Assembly: GCF_009914755.1 (NCBI RefSeq)
Contig: NC_060925.1
Length of the DNA: 64,000 nt
Source of the DNA: the human T2T-CHM13v2.0 reference genome, Homo sapiens
Direction: 5' to 3' (one strand)
Shown here: positions 27,140-49,135 of the stretch, in pieces
Numbering within the stretch: the stretch's first letter is position 1
Layout of the letters: each line of letters begins with the position of its first letter
Made by a program: the position numbers and the translations under genes
The notes under the pieces: model-generated
Told to the model about the DNA's origin: nothing
What the model saw: only the letters and a program-made list of their open reading frames with translations
Databases searched by the model: none

Positions 27140-28020
27140 TTCTGTTCAACAGATATTTACTGAGTGTGTTTTGTGTGTTGAGCTTTTGGCTGTGCTGTAA
27201 TGAATTCAAAAGAAAACAAAAAGCATGGTTCTACCCCTTGAGGCAACTCTCATTGTTCTTGGGGAGACAAGATGAACCTGTGAAGTAAAGACAAATCCAA
27301 CAGTACACAGGATCAAAGGCCAACGTATGTGGTACAAGTGATAAGGATACTGGAAAGGAGTCAGGAATGGTCCAGGAGGGATACATGGCTGGGAGCCTGA
27401 GCCCAAGCCTGAGCCCTGCCTTGGAGGATGAGGACTCAGATGAATGCAGAAAAGTCTTCGAAGAGAGATTAAGGCAGGGGATTTCAAGCCAGGACTCAGC
27501 TTCAGCCCAGAGCCAGGCCACGGGTGGTTTTTTTGAATTTGTAGAACCTACCAAAATTTAAAAATTGATAAGTCACACATATTATTCCACATTCCATATT
27601 TTATTTCTTGAAAAATAAAATATCCAGCAAGACTAGCACAGGGCAAGATGGAGAAGCAGCTGCCCTGTCTCAGTAAAGTAGGTGCTCCACTGAGGTCACA
27701 GTCCTCACCATTCCCAAGGTCTCTCCAAATGAGGCTGAAAGATCCATTGCCATTTATCATCTTGCACTGAGCCCACTTTGTTTGTTAATTTACCCTCTAG
27801 GCCCCTATAGACATTTGAGTTTGAGACCCCTGAATGAAAGAAACAGCCCTACAGTGAAAATGAGCAAGGTACGTTCAGGGTTAAAGAGGAGATAGGCCTT
27901 AGATTATAATGTAGCTGATCAGGGGATGTGAGGTAGGGACAGCCTGGCCTGGCAGGCTAAAGAGCATGGATCTGGTAGAGTAGGCAGAGAGGAGCCATTA
28001 TGCTTTGTTAAATAGTGACA
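27140..28020 (-). mobile_element. L2 fragment with a MER102-like hAT insertion (~27475-27832)
   Basis: TTCAACAGATATTTACTGAGTG L2 end; CAGGGG...ATTTGAGTTTGAGACCCCTG termini. Confidence 0.6.
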
Positions 28021-28023
28021 AGA

Positions 28024-28321
28024 GGCCCGGTGCGGTGGCTCACGCCTGTAATCCCAGCACTTTGGGAGGCGGAGGAGGGCGGATCACGAGTTCAGGAGAT
28101 CGAGACTATCCTGGCCAACATGGCGAAAACCCGTCCCTACTGAAAATACAAAAAATTAGCCAGGTATGGTGGCAGGCACCTGTAGTCCCAGCTACTCGGG
28201 AGGCGTGAACCTGGGAGGCGTGAACCTGGGAGGCGGAGCTTGCAGTGAGCTGAGATCGCGCCACTGCACTCCAGCCTGGGCAACAGAGCAAGACTCCATC
28301 TCAAAAAAAAAAAAAAAAAAA
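28024..28321 (+). mobile_element. AluY/Sc-like with an internal deletion and duplication
   Basis: CpG-rich dimer; TSD AGTGACAAGA. Confidence 0.93.
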
Positions 28322-28399
28322 GTGACAAGAACAAGCCTTGGAAGAACCCCCAGTCTCCAGGATGAGGTTTCTGTCACCCTCTGGATCTATCTGACCCCT

Positions 28400-28610
28400 G
28401 AGTCCACTTTGGAGTCAAACAGAGGTAGGCATCAAGCTGTGGCCACTGATTACCCATGACCTTGGGAAAGCTGTTTAAATTCTCTGAGTTTTATAAACAA
28501 TGATGAAAAGATTGCCTAAGAATATGACCATGAGGATTACACAGAATGAGATGCAGTGAGTGCTCGGCACAGAGCCTGGTTCCTCATTATGGCTGTCACC
28601 ATCACTAATA
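28400..28610 (+). mobile_element. MIR
   Basis: TGACCTTGGGAAAG..TCTCTGAGTTT..GTGCTCGGCACAGAGCCTGG. Confidence 0.65.
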
Positions 28611-28630
28611 ACCTTGTAAACAGCCTAGGA

Positions 28631-28855
28631 CAGTAGTTACCATGGAAGGGAGTTTGCTGCCTGGGAACATGTGGCAACGTCTGGAGATCTTTTGGGTTGT
28701 CATATGGTGACATGGGAGGGGACAGGAAGGGTGCTACTGGTATCTGGCAAGAAGAGTTCAGGAATGCTGCTGAATATCCAGCAATGCACTGGACAGTGCC
28801 CACCACAAAGAATGATCCATCGAAGTGTCCACAGTGTGGAAGTGGCAGAGACCTA
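28631..28855 (+). mobile_element. MER20
   Basis: GGCAACGTCTGGAGA..GGTGCTACTGGTATCTGG..GGAATGCTGCTGAATATCC..CCCACCACAAAGAAT. Confidence 0.8.
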
Positions 28856-29452
28856 GGTGGTCTAATGCAGTGGTTACCAAGGGTCTACTTCACAGAACCA
28901 CCCAGCAGCAGTGCTGAGAATGCGCATCCCCAGCCCGGCACCTAAAGATCAGCCCATCGGGAAGCTGGCCCAGCAATCCACACATATTCTAGCAAATTTC
29001 CCCAGAGTTTCAATCCTCAGCCAGTCTTGACAGTCACCTGTTTCGAGGTTAGCGAGTTCTCATGAACATTTGATGTCCCCTGAGTGGCAGGCGTCTGTTG
29101 CACATTGAAACATGCCTTTCAGGCAGGGGTGTGTGTGGTCAGTTGGCAGGGCCAGCTTTGGGTGGTCTGGTGTGATTTTGTTGATACATAAGACCTGCGT
29201 AAAAGAGAAGAGCACAAGCCAATCAGGACCTGACCCCAGTCCCTCTCCGCAGAGTGGGCTCCAGGTCCTGAATCCTCACTCTAAGCAGCCTTTTCTTTTC
29301 CTGGCAGGTGTGTTTCTGTTCTCATCGAATCTCTGGCTTGTAAAGCTCAACATGTTCATCATTTCGCCAGCAGCCAGAAGGCACTAGAAAGAGGGGAAAC
29401 TGCTTTTCTCGCTTCAGAAACTTGGGATATTTTAATTCTAAAATAATAATCA

Positions 29453-29885
<433 letters not shown>

Positions 29886-31336
29886 TCAAGGGAAGTACTC
29901 TCACTTCTGAGCTCTACCCCACAGCAAACACTCGGACCAGCAGCTAGACCCCGTATGCAATATACTTGTTGATCTGTGTACATCTTGTAAGGATTTTTAT
30001 GCCTTTTAAAGTTTTTGTAATTAGTTGCTTAGTGGCTCATTTATTTTAAGGTTTCTTTTGCTCTTTTAGAGAATCATATATACCCAGGAATTCTTCCAAA
30101 GCGAAAAAAGAAAATCAAACTAAAGTAAACATGTACATTATTTTTAAATGTAACAAAAATTTTGAATGCTAAATTTAACAATTAGTGAAATTGGGGTAAG
30201 TAGCATTTTACAAACACGTGTTTATTTCTCTATTGCAGTTATCTCTTGTAAGTTGAAGCTGCAACATATTTTCAAGTATCAAATCTTTGTATAATGTTAT
30301 ACATCATACAAGTATAAACATTGTTTTATGCTTGTAACAGCCTTTATCATGAAAAAGATTTTTTCACATCTATCTACATACATGGTTATGTACAATTAGA
30401 CACAGAATCGGATCAGCAGCATTTTTTTTTTCACTGTGGGAAGAGAGAGTCATGAACATTTGTAAGAGTAAATATTAAAGTCCTGAACTTCTCTTGGCTC
30501 CAGAGAACTGACAGAGCATTAAAAGGGCCCTTAGGTAGAGGAAATAATATAATATGGTCTTCCCTGAGTCCAGCTGAGGAAAGCCGCCTGATTCTGAATT
30601 CATTTTCTACAGTAAAATTGATTACTTTGCCTCATACTCTGAACCCTATAAAAAGCACCAAGGTAGTCTTAATTCTTCTACTACTAATAAAACCCATACT
30701 TGGGTATGCTTTATGCTTTAATGCTTATAAGGAACTTTTCACATATTATGACCAGAAACAATTTGCTCATATATTCTTTCATCCAGTAATTCCTTCAACA
30801 ACCTATTTTTACATTCTTAGTCACGTGAGAGAAAAAAAGGCAAGCACAAGAGATATAATTGCAGGCCTCATGAAGCTTACAAATACCTTTTCATCAAATA
30901 GACAGACAAATAAATGAAAAATTGCATCCAAACAAGGACATTACAAGAAAAGAAAATTACATACCAACATATTAAAAAGGATAATACATCATGACTGGCT
31001 GGAGTTTATTCCAGGAATGCAAGGTTTATTTAACAAATGAAAATCATTTAATGAAATTTATGATATTAACCAATTAAAAGAAAAATAGATTATGATCATT
31101 TTACTAGATGAAGAAAAGGCATTTGCCGAAAATTTAGACCCATTCATGATTTTTTAAATCCACATAACTAGGGATAGGAGGAGATTTCCTCAATCTGTTA
31201 AAGAGCATCTACAGTAATCGTGACTCCTTATGTTGAAATATTGAGCACTCCTCTTCTTAAGTTGGAGACGAGTCAAGGGATGTTTGCTTCCATCATTGGC
31301 CAAAGTCCTAGCTGGTGCAAAAAGGCAGGAAAATAA

Positions 31337-31687
<351 letters not shown>

Positions 31688-32813
31688 GACGTCACTTTCT
31701 ATGTAGAAAACTTGAAGGGATCTACCAAAAACTCTACTAGACGTAGTAAGTGAATGTACCAATGTCACATGCTATAAAGTTAACATATGAAACATAATTT
31801 AATACTATCTTTTAGCAAGAAACAATTGGAAAGCAAAATAAAAATATCATTTAAAATAGCATTCAAAACTACAAAATATTTGGGGATAAGTTTTTTAAAG
31901 ATGTCAAGATCTTTCAATTGAAAATTATAAAATATTGATGACAGAAATGAAAAAACTAAGTATAAAGATATGCCATCTTCTGCATTGGAGGACTCAGTAT
32001 TATTAAGATATCAATTCTCCCTAAGTTGATCTGTAAATTCCACCTATCCTAATCAAAATCATAGCTGGCTCTTTTCCAGGAAATAAATAAGCTGATTCTA
32101 AAATGTACTTGGAAATGCAAATGCCATAGAATTTCTAAAACAATATTTAATAAAACAAGGTTAGAGGACTTTCTCTGACTTAAAAACTAACTATAAAGTT
32201 ATGGTAATCACAACAGTGTGGCATTGTAGAAAGACTAAAGAGTCCAGAAATAGATGGACACATATATGGTTGACAAGACTGCCACAGCAATTCAATGGGG
32301 AATTGAAAGCCTTTTTAACAAATAGTGCTAGAACAACTGGATAAAAAAACTGCATTAAAAAAAGCCAAAAACTTTCAGCTTTTATGTTTGTCTTTTAGAA
32401 GAAACTACAGGGAAATATATTCACAATCTAAGGTTAGGCAAAGGTTCCTTAGAGAGGATGCAGAAGGATGAAAAAAAGAAATGGACAAATTGAACTTAAA
32501 ACATTTTGCTCATCAAAAGACACCATTAAGAAAATGAAAAGACAAGCCAGGAGCTAAGAGAAAATTTTCACAATGCCTACATCCAACAAAGAATTTGTAT
32601 TCAGAATATGTAAAAAATGCTTATAATTCAGTAATAAAAAGAAAACAACCCAGTACAAATGAGCAAAATACTTGACTAGCAGACAGTTCATAAAAGACGT
32701 ATAAATGATAAAGAAGAACATAATAAGGTGCTCAACGTCAGTAGTCATCAGGAAAATTCCAAATTAAAACCAAAATTAGTTACCACTGTGCATCTATTAG
32801 AATAGCTAAATTA

Positions 32814-32814
<1 letters not shown>

Positions 32815-32859
<45 letters not shown>
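32815..32859. repeat. (CA)n microsatellite, ~22 units
   Basis: Direct reading. Confidence 0.97.
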
Positions 32860-32863
<4 letters not shown>

Positions 32864-33572
32864 AACCTGACAATGCCAAATGTTGGCAAGGACCTGGATC
32901 AACTGGAACACCCATATATTGTTGGTGGGAGTATAAAATGTTCCCATCAGTTTTGAAAACTAGCATGTTCTTAAAATGTTATATATACAGCTATCCTATG
33001 ACCCAGCAATTCCTAGGTATTTACCAAAGAGAAATGAAAATGTATGTCTGAAAAATTATTGTACAAGAATATTCATAGTAACTTTATTCATAATAGTCCA
33101 AAATTGTTAACAACATAGATCTTCAATAATAGGAGAATGGATAAACAAACTGGCATGTTGATACAATGGGATATTACTGAGCAATTAAAAAAAAGAAATA
33201 AACTGCTGATACCTGTAACAAGGATGAGTATCAAAAACATGCTGATGAAAAAGCCCGACACCAAAGAGCACAAACTATATGATTCCACCTATATGAAATT
33301 CCAGAACCAACACAATTAATTACAGTGTTAAAAATCAAGAAAATGGTTGCTTTGGGTCAAGGAGGTCTTGACTAGGTGGGAACAAGAAGGAACTTTCTGG
33401 GGTGATATGTATATTGCATTTATCAAAATTGATCTTTTGTCAAAATAGCTCAAACTATGTGCTTAAGATCTATGCATTTTACTATATGCAATTATACCTG
33501 AATAACACAGTAATCACACAAATAAATACAAAATTATAACATTACTGGTTTTTGTTGTTGAACAATCTACAT

Positions 33573-40000
<6,428 letters not shown>

Positions 40001-40207
40001 AGTCATTTACCCGTGATTACTGTTTTCAGTGAGGAAGACCCACTGCCATAAGAGCACCTCGTAGGGTGAAGAAAGGCTTTTTTGAGGAAGAGACTATTGG
40101 CCTGAGATCCTCATAATGAGAAGGAAAAGTTAAGGCAAATATGGGAACAAGGAAAGGTCCTGTAGCCAGGGGGTCAATGGCACATTTCAGAAACTGCCCA
40201 AAAGCCA

Positions 40208-40740
40208 GTGTATTAGTTAGCTATTGCTGCATGACAATATTACCATAAACTTACTGACTTATAACAACTCATATTTATTATTCCACCGTCTCTGTGGGTC
40301 TGCTGTCCAGGCACTCTTCAAGGCAGCATTCAAGATGTCAACTTGGGCTGGGGTCTCATCTGAAGGCTTGATTGGGAAAGGACTCACTTCTAAGTTAACA
40401 TAGTTGTTAGCAGCATTCAGTTTCTTGCATGTTCTTGGACAAAAGGCCTCAGTTGCTGGCTGTTGACGAGAGTCTGTCCTCAGTTTTTGTGATACGGCCT
40501 TCTTCATAAGCAACTCACAGTGTGGCAACTTGCTTTTTCAAAGCCAATAAGAGAGAGACTCTTAGCCTGACAAACATTGCAATCTTATGTGACACAATCA
40601 TGGAAGTAACATTTCAACACCTTCACTATATTTTGTTAGTAGCAAGCCACAGGTCCTGCCTATGCTCAAAGGCAGGGGATCAGACATGAGGATGAATGCC
40701 AGGAGGTAGGAATCACAGGGCTGCTTAAGAGACTGTCTCA
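40208..40740 (-). mobile_element. MLT1E/F-like LTR
   Basis: TGTATTAGTTAGCTATTGCTGC..CTCATCTGAAGGCTTGA..CACAGGTCCTGCC. Confidence 0.75.
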
Positions 40741-40744
40741 CTGC

Positions 40745-41165
40745 CAGAGCAGCTAGAAGGCTAAGATACTCTGGCCCTATTACACACAGGCATTGCTCCA
40801 GGCTCTTTATAAAGACTGTGTAGCTTAATTCCCCCATCAACACTTTAAGATCAGAATTAGTATCCCTATTTCTTAGGTGAGGAAACCAAGCTTCTAAGAG
40901 GCTACATCATATTTGCCAAAGTTCCCACAGCAAGAAAATAGCAAATCTAGGATTCAAACTCAGACCTATTTGACTCCAAGGGGTATATTCTTTCTCATTC
41001 ACTACCCTGCCAATATATATATTTGTCTCTATTTCATCCTTTGGAGTGATTTTACATATAGAGAAACTGAGGCAGGAAGGGGGCTCAGCCTCCATGAGGT
41101 CCCCCAATGGCATGATGGCAAAGGCAGCACAGAACTTTGGATCCTTTCTCCTAGCCCATGCTGTA
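40745..41165 (-). mobile_element. MIR fragments (two)
   Basis: TAGGTGAGGAAACCAAG..GGATTCAAACTCAG; TTTACATATAGAGAAACTGAGGC. Confidence 0.65.
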
Positions 41166-41778
41166 TCTCACCTCATTTCTCCTCCTATGAAGAAGCAGCT
41201 GCCTTAAATATAGACCTTCAAGAACTGGCTCTCTGGCTCTAGAAGGCTCCAGAGCTTCACTCCAGGGAGCCATGGTTGCATTTTTTAAACGAAATCCAAT
41301 TCAGTGCCCATAAAAGTCCTCATCATCTTGCTAAGGTTGGCAGTTGGGGACTCTGAAATAGCTGAAATCTCTATAAACTACTCCTGGAAGGCATCCACTT
41401 TAGCCTGGTAGACAGAAAATCATCTGCAAAATGTCAAGATGATGTTTAAACATCTCCGTCTCCCACCTCACAGTCGGAAGGATGTTCTAAGGGCCTAGTA
41501 GGTGCAGCCAGCCCAGACGGAGTGTAGCTAGGCTCACACCCACCCACCCTCTGGCCGTGACTCATTTTCCCTCTAATCAAGGAAACACAACCCCAAACAA
41601 TGGGCTGCTCAGACTTCATAGTTTCTCATTTGTTACATGGGAGGAACACAGAAGTAATGAACAGAATTTTGGTTTTCTGTTCCTGGATTTCTGAAACAGG
41701 TTTTCTCAGCACTGTCTTAGTGAAAAATAATACATCAAAAGTTACCTTCCATTCATGTTTCCAACTCTGTCCCTTTAG

Positions 41779-41969
41779 AGGGGTCAGGAAACTTTAACCT
41801 ATGGGCCAAATCCAGCCAGCAGCTGGGTTTTTTATGATCTTAAAGCAAAAGATGGCTTTAACATTTTTAAAGGGTTGTAGAAAGAAAGAACAAGAGACAG
41901 TGACCATATGTGTCCTGCAAAGCCAAAAATACTTCCTGGTCCTTTACAGAAGAAGTTTGTTACCCCCTG
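41779..41969. mobile_element. MER58A-like
   Basis: AGGGGTCAGGAAACT..GGGCCAAATCCAGCC..CCTTTACAGAAGAAGTTTGTTACCCCCTG. Confidence 0.75.
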
Positions 41970-42369
41970 CTCTAGATATTAGTAGTGTCCTACAAAAAAG
42001 GGTTTCTACGGTCAAATAATTTGGGGAACCACTGGATTAAACACCATAAACGGTTGTGTATTTTGCGTGTATGTGTGTATGTATTTTTTGGTAAATGCAT
42101 GCCTTATCAGAGCCTTTACTCACAATATTTTTTTTTTTTTTTTAATTTGGAAGAGAGAGATATAGCAGGTAATGTTTCTTACAATGTTTCTTACTTTTCT
42201 TTTGCCTCAGTACCGTTTTCATGTGGAATGTGGTTTAGGAACTGCGTTGTGTTAAGGCCCTTTTCATTAGAGATGTGTTGTTGACAGGATCATGGAGGTC
42301 ATGCCCCCGGCACTAACTGGTTGCACATGTACCTTTTGGGTCCTTCTGCCGCTGATGCATCAGAGCTGG

Positions 42370-42630
42370 AAAGCATGCAGTTAAGAGTAAGGGCTCAGGA
42401 GCCAGAGTCACTGGGTTAAAACTCCCTCTACCTGCCACTTGTGGAACTAAGGGGAACACGATTTACTAATCTATGCCTCAGTTTCTTCCACTGCAAAATG
42501 GGGGTAATTATAGCCGCTGCCTCCTAGAGCCACTACAACAATCGAATGGGATAATGTTTGTGAAGCATGCAGCATGAGCACTGGCACACACAATACATTT
42601 CTGAACAAATGTTCACTACTGTTATTATTC
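42370..42630 (+). mobile_element. MIR
   Basis: GGAGCCAGA..TGCCTCAGTTTCTTCCACTGCAAAATGGGGGTAAT. Confidence 0.75.
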
Positions 42631-42884
42631 ATCTCTAAAATGGGAATAATGATGCTGGCCTAATAGAGTTATTTAGCATAACAGTATATAGGAAAGGGAT
42701 CCATAAAGAGGAAACAGCAAATTTCCCTAGAAAAACATGACCACCATCATTCTAAGAAAAAAAATTTTATTTGCCTAAGGGATATATATTTATTTCCTGG
42801 GGCTGCTATAATAATGTACCACAAACTGGGTGACTTAAAACAACAGAAATTCATTCTCTCTGAGTTCTGGAGGCCAGAAGGTGA

Positions 42885-43505
<621 letters not shown>

Positions 43506-43707
43506 GCCCACCCCCTCCCCCCGGGGGGGGGGGTCTTTCAAGGTCACCAGCTGTGTTGGATTAAGGGCCCACCCTACTCCAGCATGACCTCATCTTAATT
43601 AATTACATCTGCAATGATTCTATTTCCAAATAACGTCATACACTGAGACCCTGGGGGTTAAAACGTCAACATTATCTTTTTGGGTAATGCAATTCAACTC
43701 ATAACTG

Positions 43708-43920
43708 CAAAGTTTTGCAACCTCGGCACTACTGAAATTTGTGGCAGGTAATTCCTTGTGGTGGGGACTGTCCTGTGCATTGCAGGATGTTTAGCAGCGT
43801 CCCCAGCCTCTACTCACTAGATGCCAGGAGCACCTTTCCCCAGTCATAACAATCACAAACGTCTTCAGACATTACCAAATATCCCTTGAGGAGCCAAATT
43901 GCCTCAGTTAAGAACCTCCG
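43708..43920 (-). mobile_element. MER20
   Basis: CAACCTCGGCACTA..CTGTCCTGTGCATTGCAGGATGTTTAGCAGC..CAGACATTACCAAAT. Confidence 0.85.
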
Positions 43921-44597
43921 GGTTAAGAAATAATACTTTCTAGACTAACTCAAAACAAAAAGACTTCCTCCAGTGGGACTGCAGAAGTGGCTAATACAGC
44001 AGTTAGGTCATAAAGTGTAGATAGATATTCCTCTTATGGCATATTGCTAATAATAACGACTCAAAATTTCGCCTTGCCCAGCAGATCTTTCTGATGAGAT
44101 AGATTTCCCTACCTGGAGGCCACAGTTATTATTGTTAGTTCATACACGAGTCATAGCCTAAAATGTAAATTGCTTGGAAATACAGCAAATCTGGTGACAT
44201 AATAAAAAGGAAAATCGATTTCTCCAGAAATACACATCTGTTCATTAAAGCTGTCTGGTAGTCCATTGCAGCTGTTCCCATTTAAAAACTAAAGATCTAA
44301 ACATAATCCTTTACAGTGGAAAGTTAGCAGAGAAGATATTCATAAAAGTCTGTGGAAATGGTTTGGCAGTTAAGTGTGGTTTATTTTTGTCTATGGCTCT
44401 TATGGAACCCTCTGAACGTACAAATGAAAACTGAAATGTCGTAGCTCATCTTCATTGAAGCTGTTGGCTATTCAGGGTGACCAGTTCAAATCTTGCTGGG
44501 ACAGTGCAAGGGGTGACAAGTTTCCCGGGCAATTAAATGGTCAGTCTTTCTCTGTATATAGGAAACTTGGAAGATTTTCAAGAAAAGTATCATAGCT

Positions 44598-45730
<1,133 letters not shown>

Positions 45731-48700
45731 CCAGCCTACTGGTCACCCTTGTCGTTTCTCTGGCCATCGGACTGCAGAGCCTGGGCTGAATCAGTAACCA
45801 TGTCAACATCACCCCACCCCTTCTCTTCTTGGCTGCCATGCCTACCAATCAAAAGCTGAGCCCTAGACCAGCTTAGTGCAAACACAATGTTGTCCAGCGG
45901 TGTTGCGTGATTTGATGGCAGGAGGCAAGCAGGGGAGTCCAGGGAGACTCCTGCCCCCTAAACATGCACACTCACCTGTGCTTCCATTTTCAATGTAGTC
46001 CCTAAGTGCTGCCTTCTCTCAGATCCTTGGAGACTTTTCAGTTTGATTGTATCTGAACCTTGACCCCTTTATATCTTTCAAAATGAACCAGGCTACGTAA
46101 AAATGTAAGAAGCCTGAAAGGAGAAAGTGGGATAGCGAGAGCTTGAAATCTAAGTTCACATCTTGGTTTCACCCCCAAGCTAGGGTTTCCTTACTTGCGA
46201 ACGTGGGGTTTGCCAACCAGGTCTACTGTGAAGATCTGCCTGATGGATTTTTCTATCTGTACGTGCAGATACAACACATAACATTATCTAGGGGCATTCA
46301 ATGTGTTTGTTGACTGCTATGAGGGTATACGGTGCAAGGAAAGAAAACAGGAGCAGGGACAAGCTTGGCTTCTCAACCACCATGTGGCATCTCTGTGTGG
46401 CTCTGTAAAGCAGTGTTGTCTTTGGAAGGCAGCAGTGACCCCAGTGTTTACAGACGGGATGCATCCCTGAGAGCCGGATTTTAGCTTTGTGCATCACTCA
46501 GATGCAAGCAGCTGTTTACCTAGAAGTGCATTTTCACTTCGTGTTTGTTGTCAGAGTGTTTATGAATGATCCATCCATTAGGCACTCCCATGATGTGGTC
46601 ATCAACAAAGCTTCTAGGTCTCTGACCATTTTGCCAACCGTACAATCAGCTTTCACAATTTACACATAACTGAAGCCTGCTAACAACCCATGGGACCTAG
46701 AGAAACAGCTTTCTTGATAGCTCAGATGCAGAATGTGGGGATCTGGGTAATTTACATAGATGGGTGTCACCTGTGATGCCTCCTCCCTCCTAAGCCTCTG
46801 GCTCAATCCTACCTCAGGCTGTTGGCTCCTTGGAGTTCTTGGCCTGGACTACGACCATGCACCCAAACTGAAGAAAGAGAAGGCTTCGCTTCAACTTTCA
46901 ACAATCGATTTTTATAGTGTCTAAAGCAACTCACTCAATTTACAGCCCTTTACTTGTTAAACAATCCATCATAAAAGAGGATTAAGGGATGGCCAGGTAG
47001 AGAGGTACTGGCTTTTTTTTTCTCCAAGTACATTAACGGTGCCCGTGTTAGGTAGTTCTCTCCAAGTATATTAATAGTACCTGTGTCAGGCAGGACCATT
47101 TCTGGTCCTGATCTTATCCGGGTCACCTTTCTTTGGTCCACATTTCAAACAGTGGCTAATAGGGAGCGCTGGGCTTCCCGGGAGTTGAATAAATAGTATT
47201 GACTTTCATTAGCTCACTAGCAACTGCTAGAGATGGAAGGTGTCTTACACCAAGATGTGTTTCTGCAGCGTAGCCTCAGGAAAGAATCAGATGGAGACAC
47301 ATTTCTAAATGCAAAATAAGAGATCCTGAATCAGAACATTTCCTCTCAGGAGAAATGTTCTCGATTTTGTGTGTGTGTGTGAGAGCAAAGCAGCCACTGC
47401 TGTCTGGGTGGCAGAAATGTCAAAAATGTATCGTTCGCTCTTCAGTTTCCTCGCTCAATGCCAGGTCATTAACTTTAACACTATCCAAGTGCTTGCACGA
47501 CTGTATTTACCTTAAAGGATGTGCATGAGCCTATTGTTTAAAATGCAGCCTCCACGAGAAATCTGTGGAGAAATCTGTGGAGCTGAAGCTAGTCCGCTTC
47601 AAAGAAGGAGCCTTGAAATGTGCTAGCCAAGATTTGTGAAGCGGCTTCTCCATCTGGAGAATGGTAAAAGGGAAGAGGGGCATTTAGAAGGAAGAAAAAA
47701 TGGGGAAAGGGCAGACTGGACGGGACCTTGTCTCCTGCAAGGCCATGATGGGTTGCGAATGATGAATTGCCCTTTAAGGGCAGCCTTGTTTAACAAAGAC
47801 ACAGCACATCTCTCGAGGAAGGTATTTAGCAAAGAGGAAAGCTGAGCAAGGATCCAAAGGAAATAAACCTGACCACAGCCCTTGTGCCAGTTATGCAAAG
47901 TAAGCCCAACGTCCCCATGCACCTGTAGGGGAATCTGGAACTGCTTTCAGGTATGCATTCCACTAAAAACATGTAAATCTCAAAGAAGCAAGCCATTGTT
48001 ACAGTAATTTGTGTTTTCATGATGGTGCTTAGTCTAAGTCACTATCAATGTAATAGCTAAATAAATTAATCCAGAAACAACTGGCTCTAACACTGCCTGC
48101 TGGGATTACATGCACAGTGTAAATCCTTGTACTGTGGGTGCATTCCACCTCCCCACACGTGCATGAGAGGCCTTTTGGCCCCTCTCCAGCCCACAATCAG
48201 CCATGAATCTTTGCACTAGACACCAAGAGGGTTAGACAAAAACAACCAACCCAAATGCTGGATGGAAAGGGTCAGTGGTTTCCACAGAGGGTGGATGTCT
48301 TTCCACCCCCAGGAACTAGAGAAGACCAAGGCTTGAGGGAGAGCAGGGTTGGGAGGTGGGCAGGGAGATGGGCCATCCTGGCTAGTGAAGGAGAGGAAGA
48401 AGTGGGGAGGACTGGTCCTGGGTAGGGTGGAGGGTGGGCAAGGACCTTCCTTCAGGAGGCCCAGGCACTGCACAGAACACATGAAGGCTGCCAAGCTGTT
48501 GTTCAGTGAGTGTGGCCACCCCCAGGCAGCAAGCTGCTCAGCCCCTGAGTATCATTCAGGGATCTGAGCTGAGGCTCAGTTCTCCTCTCCCTCCCTTCCC
48601 CCAAGGAACCTCTGCCATGGAAGACCAAGAGGGTGGTTTGGGGAGGGGACAGCTATCTTGTGCAGGGCATGCTAGGAAAGCCTTGCTCCTGGGGGGTATA

Positions 48701-48844
48701 GACACGATTACTTTTCCCTCTGAGTGGTAAACCTGTTGCCTCTTTTACATGTGTGTCCACCTACCTATTGGGCTGAAAAACCTGGGACTGCCAGGGATCT
48801 CTGAGGTTTCTTTGGAGAGTCATGAAGTTAATTTGTATCTTCTC

Positions 48845-49135
48845 TTTTTTATTTAAGTTTGAGACACTGTCTCACTTTGTCACCCAGACTGGAGTTGAGA
48901 TCATGGCTCACTGCAGCCTGGACCTCCCGGGCTTAGGTGATCCTCTTACCTCAGCCTTCTGAGTAGTTGGGACTACGGGCATGTGCTACCACGCCTGGCT
49001 AATTTTTGTATTTTTAGTAGGGATGGAGTTTTGTTGTGTTGTCCATGCTGATTTCAAACTCCTGGGCTCAAGCAATCCACCCACCTCAGCCTCCCAAAGT
49101 GCTGAGATTAGGGGTGTGAACCACCTAGCCCAGCC
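48845..49135 (-). mobile_element. AluJ
   Basis: CTGCAGCCTGGACCTCCCGGGCT..CTCCTGGGCTCAAGCAATCC J-type diagnostics. Confidence 0.9.

Noticed and set aside
27367-27561. Acidic ORF (EDEDSDECRKVFEERLRQ) resembling an exon
   Set aside because: It spans an L2/hAT junction, so it is most likely a chance frame.
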